NCBI GenBank assembly: GCA_049684635.1
Contig: JBAVGD010000002.1
Span: 1-55,109, forward strand
Source: Solirubrobacterales bacterium
GTDB taxonomy: Bacteria > Actinomycetota > Thermoleophilia > Solirubrobacterales > 70-9
Length of the DNA: 55,109 nucleotides
Reading direction: 5' to 3'
Below are positions 16,608 through 25,702 of this stretch, piece after piece; the stretch's first letter is position 1; each line of letters begins with the position of its first letter. Under the pieces are notes generated by a model. That model was not told where the DNA came from and did not search any database. It saw only the letters and a program-made list of their open reading frames with translations. The translations under genes were made by a program, and so were the position numbers.

Positions 16608-17195
16608 TCACGGCGCCTCCGGCGGCCGCGGGAGGAGGTCCTCTTGGGGAACCTCGCGCACGCGTCGTGCCGGCACCCCCATCACGACCGCCCCCGGCGC
16701 CACATCGGCGGCGACCACGGCCCCGGCGGCGACGTAAGCCTCCTCGCCGACCTCGACCCCGGGGCAGACCACGGCGCCGGCACCGATTCGGCAGGCGCGC
16801 CGCAGCGTCGGCCCCTCCAACTCGATCCCGGGCGGATGACGCCCCATCGTGTTGTCGTTGGCGAGCGTCACGTCGGGGCCGAGGAAGACGTCGTCCTCGA
16901 TCGTCGAGCCGCGGGCGAGGTAACAGCGGGTCTGGACGCTGGCGCGGTGGCCCACGCAGACCTCGGGATCGACCGAGACAAAGCTGCCGATCGTCGCCCC
17001 GGTGCCGACGTGGGCCCGCTCGCGCACCTGAGCGTGATCTCCGATTCGCACGCCGTCACCGATCGTCGCCCCGGCATGGATCACCACGTGGCCGCCGATC
17101 CTCACCCCGTCGCCGATTCGCACCTCCTCACCCAGCAGCAGCCCGGGGGCCAGCTCGCTTGGACGCAGTGCCGGCCGGCTCACACTAGCCTTCAT
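16608..17195 (-). CDS. hexapeptide-repeat (left-handed beta-helix) acyltransferase
   Basis: Repeated [LIV]G-x4 hexapeptides (IGDGVRIGGHVVIHAGATIGDGVRIGDHA...). The start overlaps the ligase stop by 11 nt. Confidence 0.8.
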   Translation of the reverse strand: MKASVSRPALRPSELAPGLLLGEEVRIGDGVRIGGHVVIHAGATIGDGVRIGDHAQVRERAHVGTGATIGSFVSVDPEVCVGHRASVQTRCYLARGSTIEDDVFLGPDVTLANDNTMGRHPPGIELEGPTLRRACRIGAGAVVCPGVEVGEEAYVAAGAVVAADVAPGAVVMGVPARRVREVPQEDLLPRPPEAP

Positions 17196-18132
17196 CCAGG
17201 TACTCGAATCGGCATTCCTCGGGATTCTTGTCGTCCCGGAAGCGGTGGAAGCGGGCGCCGTGCCGGATCCTGCCGGCGGCGGCGTGGTCGTAGCCGACCT
17301 CGATCACCAGCTCGGGCCGCAGCGCGACCCACTCCAGGTCACGTCCGCCCGTCCAGCGGCTCGGCTCGGCGGTCCCGCGGTCTCCGGTCTCCATAGGGGC
17401 AAGCAGCGTGGGCAACGATCGTTTCGTCTCCGCGCTGAACCCCGAGATATGGCCGACCGTGCGCAGAGCGTCCCCGTCGTAGAGGCCAAGAATGAGGGAT
17501 CCGACGGTTCCCTCCTCCTTGCCGGGCCGCCAGCCCATGACGACGCAGTCGATCGTCCGCTCCCTCTTGAGCTTTGCCATTCCCCGGCGTTTGCCCGGCA
17601 CATAGGGCGCGCGGAGGTCCTTCGCCATGGTCCCCTCGCTGGTCTTCAGCCAGTGCTCTGCCCGCCGCGGGTCCGCACTCAGATCCGAGAGCCCGATCTC
17701 ACCGCTCTCCGCCAGGACTTCGAGCCGCTCGCGCCGCTTGGCGAACGGCTGGTCGATCAGCGACTCGTCCCCATCCGCGAGAAGATCGAATGCGACGTAG
17801 GCGGCTGGGATCTGTTCGGCAAGGAGGTTGATTCGGGACTCGGCCGGGTGGATACGGCTTTGCAGCGCATCGAATTCCAGGTTGCCGTTGGCGTCGCGAA
17901 TCACCAGCTCGCCGTCTAGTACGTAACGGCCGGATGGAAAGCTCAGCTCGGGGAAGTAGCGAGTCAGTTCCTTGCCGCCGCGGGACTGGATGTAGGTCTC
18001 CTCACCGTCCACGAACACGATCGCGCGGAAGCCGTCGAGCTTCTGCTCATACGCCCACTCCTCCCCGCGCGGCAACTCCTTTCGGGCCAGCGCCAGCTGA
18101 GGCTTGATCGGAGGTTGCAGCGGCAGCGTCAC
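17185..18132 (-). CDS. ligC: ATP-dependent DNA ligase, minimal LigC-type
   Basis: Motif I is EQKLDGFR (adenylated Lys). Size is ~316 aa from GTG 18132, which is preceded by GGAG at -7. The longer ORF start 18267 overlaps the ABC ATPase gene. Confidence 0.85.
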   Translation of the reverse strand: MTLPLQPPIKPQLALARKELPRGEEWAYEQKLDGFRAIVFVDGEETYIQSRGGKELTRYFPELSFPSGRYVLDGELVIRDANGNLEFDALQSRIHPAESRINLLAEQIPAAYVAFDLLADGDESLIDQPFAKRRERLEVLAESGEIGLSDLSADPRRAEHWLKTSEGTMAKDLRAPYVPGKRRGMAKLKRERTIDCVVMGWRPGKEEGTVGSLILGLYDGDALRTVGHISGFSAETKRSLPTLLAPMETGDRGTAEPSRWTGGRDLEWVALRPELVIEVGYDHAAAGRIRHGARFHRFRDDKNPEECRFEYLDEG

Positions 18133-18169
18133 GCGGTGACTCCGACCCGGATCCGCCGGCTGGCGTCCA

Positions 18170-19231
18170 TCAGCCTTGGCCCTCGAGCTCCACAGACCTA
18201 CCCAGGGGGTGGTCGGCCTCGGACACGTTGAGGGGGTGATGGCAGGCCGCGATCCGCCCGCCTCCATGTCCCTTCAGCTCCGGCTCAACCTGCGAGCAGA
18301 TCTCGGTCGCCAGCGGGCAGCGGGTATGGAAGCGGCACGCCGGCGGTGGGTCGATCGGGCTTGGGACGTCACCCTCCAGCACCTGCTGCTCGCGGGCGCG
18401 GTTCTCTTTCGGATCTGGGATCGGCACCGCCGAGAGCAGCGCCGCCGTGTAAGGGTGGATCGGCTGGGTGTAGAGGCGCTCGGCGGGAGCGCTCTCGACG
18501 ATCTTGCCGAGATACATGACTGCGATCCGGTCGGAGACGTGCCGGACCACCCCGAGGTCGTGGGCGACGAAGACATAGGTCAGCTTGAACTCCTGCTGGA
18601 GATCCTCGAGCAGGTTGATGATCTGCGCCTGGATCGAGACGTCGAGGGCCGACACGGGCTCATCCGCGACGATCAGTCGGGGGCGCAGGCCGAGCGCCCG
18701 GGCAATGCCGATCCGCTGTCGCTGGCCGCCCGAGAACTCGTGCGGGAAGCGGTTGTAGTGCTCTGGCTGCAGGCCCACTCGTTTCATCAGCTCCTGCACC
18801 TCACGGCGCACTCCGTCGCCAGAGACGATGTCGTTGAAGCGCATCGGGTCACCGATGATCTGACCTACCCGCTTGCGGGGATTGAGCGAGGCGTATGGGT
18901 CCTGGAAGATCATCTGCATCTCGCGGCGCAGCGGTCGCATCTCGCGGCGCGAGGCCCCGGCGATCTCGCGCCCGTCGAAGCGAACGGATCCGGACGTCGG
19001 CTCCAGCAGTTGCAGGACGGTGCGGCACAGCGTCGACTTGCCGCAGCCGGACTCGCCGACGAGGCCCAGTGTCTCGCCCTCGTTGACGCTGAAGCTGACG
19101 CCGTCGACGGCGCGCACCCGGGCGACCTCGCGGTCGATCAGCACTCCGGATTTGATCGGGAAGTGCTTGACGAGCTCGCTGACCTCGAGCAGGGGGCCGC
19201 CGTTCGAGGAAGGCGTGGGCACGTCGTTCAT
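18170..19231 (-). CDS. peptide/nickel ABC transporter ATP-binding protein (OppF/DppF-like)
   Basis: Walker [10 protein letters not shown], signature FSGGQRQR, and a C-terminal oligopeptide-type extension with Cys (CRFHTRCP). ATG 19231 overlaps the upstream stop (ATGA). Confidence 0.9.
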   Translation of the reverse strand: MNDVPTPSSNGGPLLEVSELVKHFPIKSGVLIDREVARVRAVDGVSFSVNEGETLGLVGESGCGKSTLCRTVLQLLEPTSGSVRFDGREIAGASRREMRPLRREMQMIFQDPYASLNPRKRVGQIIGDPMRFNDIVSGDGVRREVQELMKRVGLQPEHYNRFPHEFSGGQRQRIGIARALGLRPRLIVADEPVSALDVSIQAQIINLLEDLQQEFKLTYVFVAHDLGVVRHVSDRIAVMYLGKIVESAPAERLYTQPIHPYTAALLSAVPIPDPKENRAREQQVLEGDVPSPIDPPPACRFHTRCPLATEICSQVEPELKGHGGGRIAACHHPLNVSEADHPLGRSVELEGQG

Positions 19232-20262
19232 CTGACCGGGACCTCGAGCCCGATTCGCCCTTCGACCTCTCGCTTGGCGAGCTTCTCGTCCGGGGTGAGC
19301 CAGCAGCGGTCGAGATGTGCAGCCGCGCCGGGCAACCGCGCCTCCAGCGCGGGAGTCTCCACGCACTTCGGGAAGGCATGTGGGCAGCGAGGGCGGAAAT
19401 GGCATCCCTCGGGCGGCGCAAGCAGCGACGGCGGTGCCCCGTTGATCTGCGGCAGTCGCTTGGGCCGGGGCCGGTCGAGCCGCATAAGCGATCCGAGCAA
19501 CCCCCACGTGTAGGGGTGCTGGGGGTCGTAGAAGATCTCCTCCAGCGTGCCCTGCTCGACGATGCGACCGGCGTACATCACGGCGATCCGGTCGGCGATG
19601 TCGGCGACCACACCGAGGTCATGGGTGATCAGGATCACCGCGAGTCCGCGCTCACGGTTGAGCTGGCGCAGCAACTCGATGATCTGAGCCTGGATCGTCA
19701 CGTCCAGTGCCGTGGAGGGCTCGTCGGCGATCAGCACGGCCGGCTCCAGCGCGAGGGCCATCGCGATCATTGCCCGCTGGCGCATGCCGCCGGAGTATTC
19801 GTGCGGGTAACCCCGGAATCGCTCCTCCGGATGCGGGATTCCGACCGCCCCCAGGGCCCCGATCGCCTTCTCGCGAGCCTCGTCCTTGCCGATGTCCTGG
19901 TGAACTTTGATCGCCTCGACGATCTGGTCGCCGATCCGGTGCACCGGATTGAACGACGACATCGGGTCCTGGAAGATCATCGCGATCCCGGCTCCACGCG
20001 TCTTGCGCAGCTCTTCGTCGCTCGCGGTCGTCAGCTCGCGGCCTTGGTAGCGGGCCGAGCCGGAGATGCGCGAGTTGGGCCCACGCGTGAGCCCGAGGAT
20101 CGACATCGCGGTAACGGACTTGCCGCAGCCCGACTCGCCGACGATCGCCAGCACTTCGCCCTCGCCAAGCGCGAGCGAGACGCCATCCACGGCTCGCACC
20201 GTCCCCTCCTCGGTAACGAAGGAGACCGCGAGGTCCTCCACGCAGAGCAACGGCTCGGTCAT
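19228..20262 (-). CDS. peptide/nickel ABC transporter ATP-binding protein (OppD/DppD-like)
   Basis: Walker [10 protein letters not shown], signature YSGGMRQR, C-terminal [11 protein letters not shown] 20262 overlaps the permease stop. Confidence 0.9.
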   Translation of the reverse strand: MTEPLLCVEDLAVSFVTEEGTVRAVDGVSLALGEGEVLAIVGESGCGKSVTAMSILGLTRGPNSRISGSARYQGRELTTASDEELRKTRGAGIAMIFQDPMSSFNPVHRIGDQIVEAIKVHQDIGKDEAREKAIGALGAVGIPHPEERFRGYPHEYSGGMRQRAMIAMALALEPAVLIADEPSTALDVTIQAQIIELLRQLNRERGLAVILITHDLGVVADIADRIAVMYAGRIVEQGTLEEIFYDPQHPYTWGLLGSLMRLDRPRPKRLPQINGAPPSLLAPPEGCHFRPRCPHAFPKCVETPALEARLPGAAAHLDRCWLTPDEKLAKREVEGRIGLEVPVR

Positions 20263-21209
20263 CCGCTCAGCCTGATCCGCGGGTCCAGCAGCGCGTAGAC
20301 GACGTCGATGACGGCGCTCAGCAAAACCACGAAGAAGGCGCCGAACATCACGATCACCAGGACCGGTGGCACGTCCTGGGCTCCGATCGACTGCGCTGCG
20401 TACTGGCCCACCCCCTGGAGATTGAAGACCGACTCGGTGAGGATCGCGCCGCCGCCGATAACGGCCGCGAAGTCGAGCCCCCACAGCGAGACGATCGGGA
20501 TCAGCGAGTTGCGCAGTACGTGGCGGAGCATCACCTGGCGCTCGCTCAGCCCCTTGGCGCGGGCGGTCCTCACGTAGTCCTCGTTGATCGTGTCGAGGAT
20601 GTTGGCGCGCAGCACCCGCGAGTAGAAGCCGATGAACAGCACCGAGAGCGTTATCCAGGGCAGGATCATGTGGGTGAGCCAGCCCCACGGGTCCTGCGTC
20701 AGCTGCACGTAGCCGGTGTTGGGGAAGATCTGGATCTTGTAGGCGAACACGTAGAGCAGCAGGGCGCCGATCAGGAACACCGGCGTGGAGACGCCGATCA
20801 GGGACAGGATCGTCAGGGCTCGGTCGGTGAAGCGGCCCGCGTAGACCGCGCTCAGGAGTCCGAACGCGATTCCGGTGACCAGCCAGACGATTCCCGCCCC
20901 GATCGCCAAGGAGAGCGTCGGCGCCAGGTCTTCCTCGATTGTCGAGACGACGTTCACCTGCTGCGTGTAGGAGACGATCGACCCGGTGAAGATGTTCTTC
21001 ATCATGATCCCGTACTGCTCGTAGATCGGCTTGTCGAGCCCGAAGTGACGGCGGACGTCCGCTCGGTCCCGCGGTGTCGATGTCCTGCCGGCCAGGCGCA
21101 GGGCCGGATCCCCGTTCGGGATCACCTGGAAGATCATGAACGTGAGGACCGAGATCGCGAACAGGACCGCGATCATGGCAACGAACCGGCGGACGAGGAA
21201 GCGCGCCAT
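20259..21209 (-). CDS. ABC transporter permease (DppB/OppB-like)
   Basis: N-terminus MARFLVRRFVAMIAVLFAISVLTFMIFQVIP and the EAA-type loop DYVRTARAKGLSERQVMLRHVLRN. Confidence 0.9.
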   Translation of the reverse strand: MARFLVRRFVAMIAVLFAISVLTFMIFQVIPNGDPALRLAGRTSTPRDRADVRRHFGLDKPIYEQYGIMMKNIFTGSIVSYTQQVNVVSTIEEDLAPTLSLAIGAGIVWLVTGIAFGLLSAVYAGRFTDRALTILSLIGVSTPVFLIGALLLYVFAYKIQIFPNTGYVQLTQDPWGWLTHMILPWITLSVLFIGFYSRVLRANILDTINEDYVRTARAKGLSERQVMLRHVLRNSLIPIVSLWGLDFAAVIGGGAILTESVFNLQGVGQYAAQSIGAQDVPPVLVIVMFGAFFVVLLSAVIDVVYALLDPRIRLSG

Positions 21210-22261
21210 CAGTGCTCTATGCGCACCTCAGCGCGCGGGTCGAGGGCATCGCGCACACCGTCGCCGAAGACGTTGATGCCGAGCACCGCCAGCACCAGCA
21301 TCGCGCCTGGAACCAGGGTCAGATGGATTGCCGACGGAATCAGCTGAATCCCTTCTGCCAGCATCGTCCCCCAGGACGGATTCGGGTCCTGGATGCCGGC
21401 GCCCAGATAGGACAGGGCCGCCTCGAGCAGAATCGCGTTGGCCAGCATCAGCGGGATGAAGACGATGATGCTGGAGGCGATATTGGGCAGGACCTCGCCG
21501 AGCATGATCCGCAGGTGGCCGAAGCCCTGCGCCCTGGCCGCCTCGATGAACTCCTTCTCTCGCAGGCCCAGGATCTGGCCTCGCAGCGGCTTTGCCATGT
21601 AGGGGACGTAGACGATGCCAATGATCAGGGAGGGGATGAGAAGCGATCCGCCGTTGATCGTGACGATCCCGAGGTCAATGCCCCCGAGTGCGAGCGCCGT
21701 CCCGAGCGCGATCCCCAGCAGCACCACGGGGTAGGCCCAGATCAGGTCCATCGCTCGCGACAGGAGGCTGTCCGTGAAGCCGCGGTAGTAGCCGGCGAGC
21801 AGCGCGATCAGCGTTGCCAGCACCACCGTGATCAGCGTGGCGAGTCCGCCAACCTCGAGCGAGTTTCGCCCCCCGTACAGCAGCCGCACGGCGACGTCCC
21901 GCCCATTCGAGTCCGCCCCGAAGAAGTAGCGGCTATGCCAGGTGGGCCCGATTGGGATGCCCTGGTCGTTGAGGACGGTCTCGTAGTGGTCTCCGACCTT
22001 GATCCGCTGGCTGATGTTGTTGGAGGAGGGGGTCGTGTGCGCGACGTCGCTGGCGTAGATCGGAGCGCACAGGCAGAGCACCACGATCAGCACGAAGATC
22101 GCCCCGAACGCGAGCGCGACCTTGTTGCGCCGCAGCCTGCGTGCCGCGAGCCGGTAGGGCCCTACCCCGGCGGCCCCTTCGACCTCGCTGGTGCCGAGCG
22201 TCGCCGCCGGCTCGAGCGCCATCGGCCTTCCGGGGGTAGGAGCGGCGGGATCAAAGGCCAC
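21209..22261 (-). CDS. ABC transporter permease (DppC/OppC-like)
   Basis: EAA loop FIEAARAQGFGHLRIMLGEVLPN and 6 predicted TM segments. The start is uncertain within the first ~35 codons. Confidence 0.85.
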   Translation of the reverse strand: MAFDPAAPTPGRPMALEPAATLGTSEVEGAAGVGPYRLAARRLRRNKVALAFGAIFVLIVVLCLCAPIYASDVAHTTPSSNNISQRIKVGDHYETVLNDQGIPIGPTWHSRYFFGADSNGRDVAVRLLYGGRNSLEVGGLATLITVVLATLIALLAGYYRGFTDSLLSRAMDLIWAYPVVLLGIALGTALALGGIDLGIVTINGGSLLIPSLIIGIVYVPYMAKPLRGQILGLREKEFIEAARAQGFGHLRIMLGEVLPNIASSIIVFIPLMLANAILLEAALSYLGAGIQDPNPSWGTMLAEGIQLIPSAIHLTLVPGAMLVLAVLGINVFGDGVRDALDPRAEVRIEH

Positions 22262-22290
22262 GCCGGACTCCTACCCCATGGAGACCCGGA

Positions 22291-23931
22291 TTACTTCAGC
22301 GCCCAACTGGTCCAGTCGTTGAAGTACACGGGATGCAGGATCGCCGAGTTGAAGTCGATTCGGTCGCTCATGAATTTCGGGACCTCCTCGCTTCCGTAAA
22401 CCGCTACGTACGCTTTCTTTGCCGTGTATTCGTCGAGCTTCTGCCAGTCGCTGGCAACGGATTCCAGTTCGGTCGACGGGATCGGATCCAGCCGGGCAAG
22501 TTCCGTCTGGATGTGCGGGTCGTTGACCTTGCTGAAGTTCTCGTTGTTGACAGGCTGGATCGCCTTGGCGTTCATCAGCAGGTAGAAATCCGACGGGTTC
22601 GGGAAATCCTGGACCCAGTCGGCAAAGCCGGTCTGCGGATCGGTCTTCGCGTTGCCGATGGTCGGGAAGTACGTCGTGTCGGAGATGATCTTCGGCGTCG
22701 CCTTGAACCCGATCTTGTTCAGGTAGTCGGCGTAGTAATCGATGTAAGCCTTGCGCGGCGCGCGGTTCTCGCCCCAGACGGTGACGGGCGTTCCGGCCAT
22801 GCCGGATTCCTGGACCATCTGTTTCGCCTTGGCCAGGTCGCCGGGCTTGCTCGGGTCCCCGTAGGGACATTCGCTGGTCGGGTGGCCGACGATTCCTTCC
22901 GGGATGAAGAAGCACCCGGGTTCGAGGAAGCCGCTCGCGAGCTTCTGCAGCGCCGTCCGGTCCAGGCCGGTTAGGACGGCTTGCCGGGCCAGTTCGTTGC
23001 TGAACGGGGGCTTCGTGACGTTGAGGAAGAAGTAGTACGTCGAGGGGATCGCCACAGGTTCGAACCTTTCGCTCGCCTTCGATTCGACCTGAGGCACCAG
23101 CGACGGTGGCAGGGTGTCGCCGGCGTCGAAGTTGTCCGCTTCGTTGTTCAGGACCTGCTGGGCCTCGGACTGCGTGTTCGGGTTGATCTTGATGTCGATC
23201 TTGTCCAGATGCCCGGTTGGGATGTTCGGGATGTTGAGCCCGGCGAACTTCGGGTTCTTGACCATCGTCCAGCCCTTGTTCGGCTGCACGTTCGTGATCA
23301 TGTATGGCCCGACCCCGGGTGGCGGGCTGGTGGTCAGGTTCTTCATCGGGGTGCCGGTCGGCACCAGGCCCGCCGAGGGGAAGGCGATCACGTTCGCGAA
23401 GGCCCCATAGGGCTTGACCAGCGAGATGGTGATCTTGCCCGTCTGGTCGTCGGCTTTGATCCCCGAGATCGTGCTCGAGGTGCCTTCGTCGAAGGCTGCG
23501 GCCCCGGCGATGTTTTCGGTGAGGAACGACTTTCCGCCCCAGTTGAGTCTGATCGCCCGCTCGACCGTGTACGTGAAGTCGCTTGCCTTGACGGGCTTGC
23601 CATTCGAGTAGACGAGGCCCTTGCGGAGGGTCAGGGTGTAGGTCTTGCCGTCCTTGGAGATTTGCGGCAGGCTTTCGGCCAGGCCGGGGATCAGTTCGCC
23701 GCCGGCCTCGCCCGACGCGTGCTTATAGGTGAGCAAGCCCGTGTAGCTGATCCAGGTCGCCTCGGCCGACTGCGTCGTATAGCCCTCCTGGGGGTCGAGG
23801 TAGTCAGGCGCCGTACCCATCAGGACGGTGACCGTGCCGCCCTGCGTGGTGCCGCCTCCACAGGAGGCGAGGCCGATGGTTAGAGCTGCAGCCATACCGG
23901 CAACTGCGAGAACCGCGCCAAGCTTCTTCAC
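22291..23931 (-). CDS. ABC transporter substrate-binding lipoprotein, family 5 (peptide/nickel)
   Basis: Lipobox IGLASCGG and family-5 SBP size and pattern. The GTG start at 23931 abuts the stop of the MFS gene. Confidence 0.9.
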   Translation of the reverse strand: MKKLGAVLAVAGMAAALTIGLASCGGGTTQGGTVTVLMGTAPDYLDPQEGYTTQSAEATWISYTGLLTYKHASGEAGGELIPGLAESLPQISKDGKTYTLTLRKGLVYSNGKPVKASDFTYTVERAIRLNWGGKSFLTENIAGAAAFDEGTSSTISGIKADDQTGKITISLVKPYGAFANVIAFPSAGLVPTGTPMKNLTTSPPPGVGPYMITNVQPNKGWTMVKNPKFAGLNIPNIPTGHLDKIDIKINPNTQSEAQQVLNNEADNFDAGDTLPPSLVPQVESKASERFEPVAIPSTYYFFLNVTKPPFSNELARQAVLTGLDRTALQKLASGFLEPGCFFIPEGIVGHPTSECPYGDPSKPGDLAKAKQMVQESGMAGTPVTVWGENRAPRKAYIDYYADYLNKIGFKATPKIISDTTYFPTIGNAKTDPQTGFADWVQDFPNPSDFYLLMNAKAIQPVNNENFSKVNDPHIQTELARLDPIPSTELESVASDWQKLDEYTAKKAYVAVYGSEEVPKFMSDRIDFNSAILHPVYFNDWTSWALK

Positions 23932-25230
23932 TCATGACCTCCGAGTCGCGTTGGACGGACTGCTCCCTGGGATCAACTCCAGCACAACTTCGTTGTTCGC
24001 GTCAAGGCCATCTTCCCCTGCCTCGCCGGACTCGCTCCAGCCGGGACCCAGCAGCAGGGTCGCCAGGACGACCACGGCGAGGACCCCGACACCGGCGACG
24101 AGGAAAGTGGTGCGTGGGCTTGCCGCTGTGGTGATCAGCCCACCCAGCAGATAGCCGACGCCGGGCATGGCCGCACCGACCGACTCGAGCACGCTCATCA
24201 CGCGCGCCTGCATGCTCGCTCTGGTCAGCTCCTGTACCGCGCTCACCACCGCAACCCACTGCACCCCGTTTCCCGCTCCGCCGACAACGGACGCGGCGCA
24301 GGCCGCGGCCAGCGTGGGAGCGGCTGCGAGACCCAGGTAGCCCGCTCCGACGCTTGCCGTGCTGAAGAAGAGCAGGTAGGGGAGTGGCGCGCGGCGGGTG
24401 CGCGCGAAGATGAAGCTCCCAAGCACCATTCCAACCCCCCAGCTCCCCAGCAGCAGGCCATAGCCGGAATCCCCCGTGCCGAGGGTTGCCTTCGCGTAGA
24501 TCACCTCAATTGGGATCACGGCGGCGAAGAAGATGAACGCCAGACCCTGGGCCGCGAGCAGGCGCCTCAGCACCAGCTTGCTTCGGATGTAGGCGAAACC
24601 GGCGCGGAGGCGCTCCCGCATGTGGCCGGGCTCGGGCTGAATATGGGGCAGCTCGCCGGCGGTGACGAGAATCCAGCCGACCGCATAGAACGAGATGGCG
24701 TCGAGCAGCAGGGCAGTGGGGACCCCGAACCCGGCAACGGCGAGACCGGCGATCGCAGGGCCGATTGCTGCGCCGCCGGTGAAAGCGACGTTGAGCAGCG
24801 CATTGCCGGCACGGAGCTCTCCGGTCGGCTCCAGCAGCGTCGCCACCACCGCCCGCGTGAGCGCGCGTCCGGCCAGCGCCAGGGTGCCATCCACGATCGC
24901 GAGGACCACCACCCCCGCCAGCGAGAAGTGGGTTGCCAGCAGGGCGAGGCCGCCGAAGGCAACCGCCTCGCCGCAGTAGATGATCGGAAGCGCACGGCGT
25001 GGGGAGACCCGCTCTGCACGCGTAACGAGCAGCGGCGCCAAGAGGGCCGGCACGAAGCGCGTTCCCAGGAATAGGGCGGCGGTGGCGAGAGCACTCCCGG
25101 TGCGATCGAAAACCAGCACGGACAGGGCAACGATCCCCAGCCAGTCACCGATCTCGTTGACCGCATAGGAAAGCGCGAGCCGGCGGAAAACCGGTCGCCG
25201 CAAGGGATCTGACAGGCGTGGGCTCCTCAT
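23932..25230 (-). CDS. MFS transporter (EntS/MFS_3-like exporter)
   Basis: FRRLALSYAVNEIGDWLGIVALSVLVFDRTGSALATAALFLGTRFVPALLAPLL, with about 12 TM segments. Confidence 0.85.
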   Translation of the reverse strand: MRSPRLSDPLRRPVFRRLALSYAVNEIGDWLGIVALSVLVFDRTGSALATAALFLGTRFVPALLAPLLVTRAERVSPRRALPIIYCGEAVAFGGLALLATHFSLAGVVVLAIVDGTLALAGRALTRAVVATLLEPTGELRAGNALLNVAFTGGAAIGPAIAGLAVAGFGVPTALLLDAISFYAVGWILVTAGELPHIQPEPGHMRERLRAGFAYIRSKLVLRRLLAAQGLAFIFFAAVIPIEVIYAKATLGTGDSGYGLLLGSWGVGMVLGSFIFARTRRAPLPYLLFFSTASVGAGYLGLAAAPTLAAACAASVVGGAGNGVQWVAVVSAVQELTRASMQARVMSVLESVGAAMPGVGYLLGGLITTAASPRTTFLVAGVGVLAVVVLATLLLGPGWSESGEAGEDGLDANNEVVLELIPGSSPSNATRRS

Positions 25231-25257
25231 TTTCCGGTCGAACGGCCTACCCGGTTA

Positions 25258-25289
25258 TGCACAAGTTTCATTGCATTTGCACAAGTTTC
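25258..25289. repeat. two perfect copies of TGCACAAGTTTC at a 20-bp period, with related copies at 25294-25302 (inverted, 1 mismatch) and 25323-25332; candidate operator array
   Basis: Read directly: ttaTGCACAAGTTTCattgcattTGCACAAGTTTCcgcgAAGTTGTGC...cGCAAAGTTTC. It lies 28-70 nt upstream of the MFS start on the minus strand. Confidence 0.5.
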
Positions 25290-25462
25290 CGCGAAGTTGT
25301 GCTACAACCCGTGCAGGTAATCGCAAAGTTTCTCGCTGCTGCATAGCGAGACACCGCAAGAGCTTCCCGTAAGGGCTTCGACGAAGGGATAGGCAATGGG
25401 CTGGCGCAACTAATTTCGAATCGAGAGCGAACGCTAGTTGTGATTTTCGCTTTTGGATAGGG

Positions 25463-25499
25463 AGGCGTCTCCGAACAGGGGGCGCCTTTCTTGTATTTG
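25463..25499 (+). terminator. intrinsic-terminator-like hairpin with a T-rich tail, plus strand, inside the long intergenic region
   Basis: AGGCGTCTCC-gaaca-GGGGGCGCCT (G-U pairs allowed) followed by TTCTTGTATTT. No plus-strand gene precedes it. Confidence 0.45.
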
Positions 25500-25702
25500 G
25501 GATGCGAAAGCGGCGTCATTTCCGCAAATTGCAAGGTCTTGGCCATTGGTCTAGACGCCTTGTCGAGGCCGCGGCGACCGTCTACTGTGGTTAGGGCAAC
25601 CAGCGTTCGCCGCAAGGGTCCAGTCGCCCAGGCAAGGGAAGGCGCCGTTTCGCACGGCAGGCTCCCACGCCGGCCCGGTTGGACACTACCGGCCGCAAGA
25701 CG

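Noticed and set aside
16191-17396. 401-aa plus-strand ORF (and 16574-17188) across the acyltransferase/ligase genes
   Set aside because: It gives an Arg/Pro/Gly-rich nonsense-like sequence. It overlaps two minus-strand genes with clear family motifs and the 3' end of the radical SAM gene in another frame.
25428-25441. Second SOS-like box CGAACGCTAGTTGT
   Set aside because: One arm is imperfect (GTTG instead of GTTC), and it has no DNA-repair gene context. It is likely chance.
25231-25702. c-di-GMP (GEMM-type) riboswitch upstream of the HD-GYP gene
   Set aside because: The idea is attractive functionally. However, I could not align the region to the conserved GEMM-I/II cores as I remember them, so only a generic 'structured leader/sRNA candidate' claim is made.
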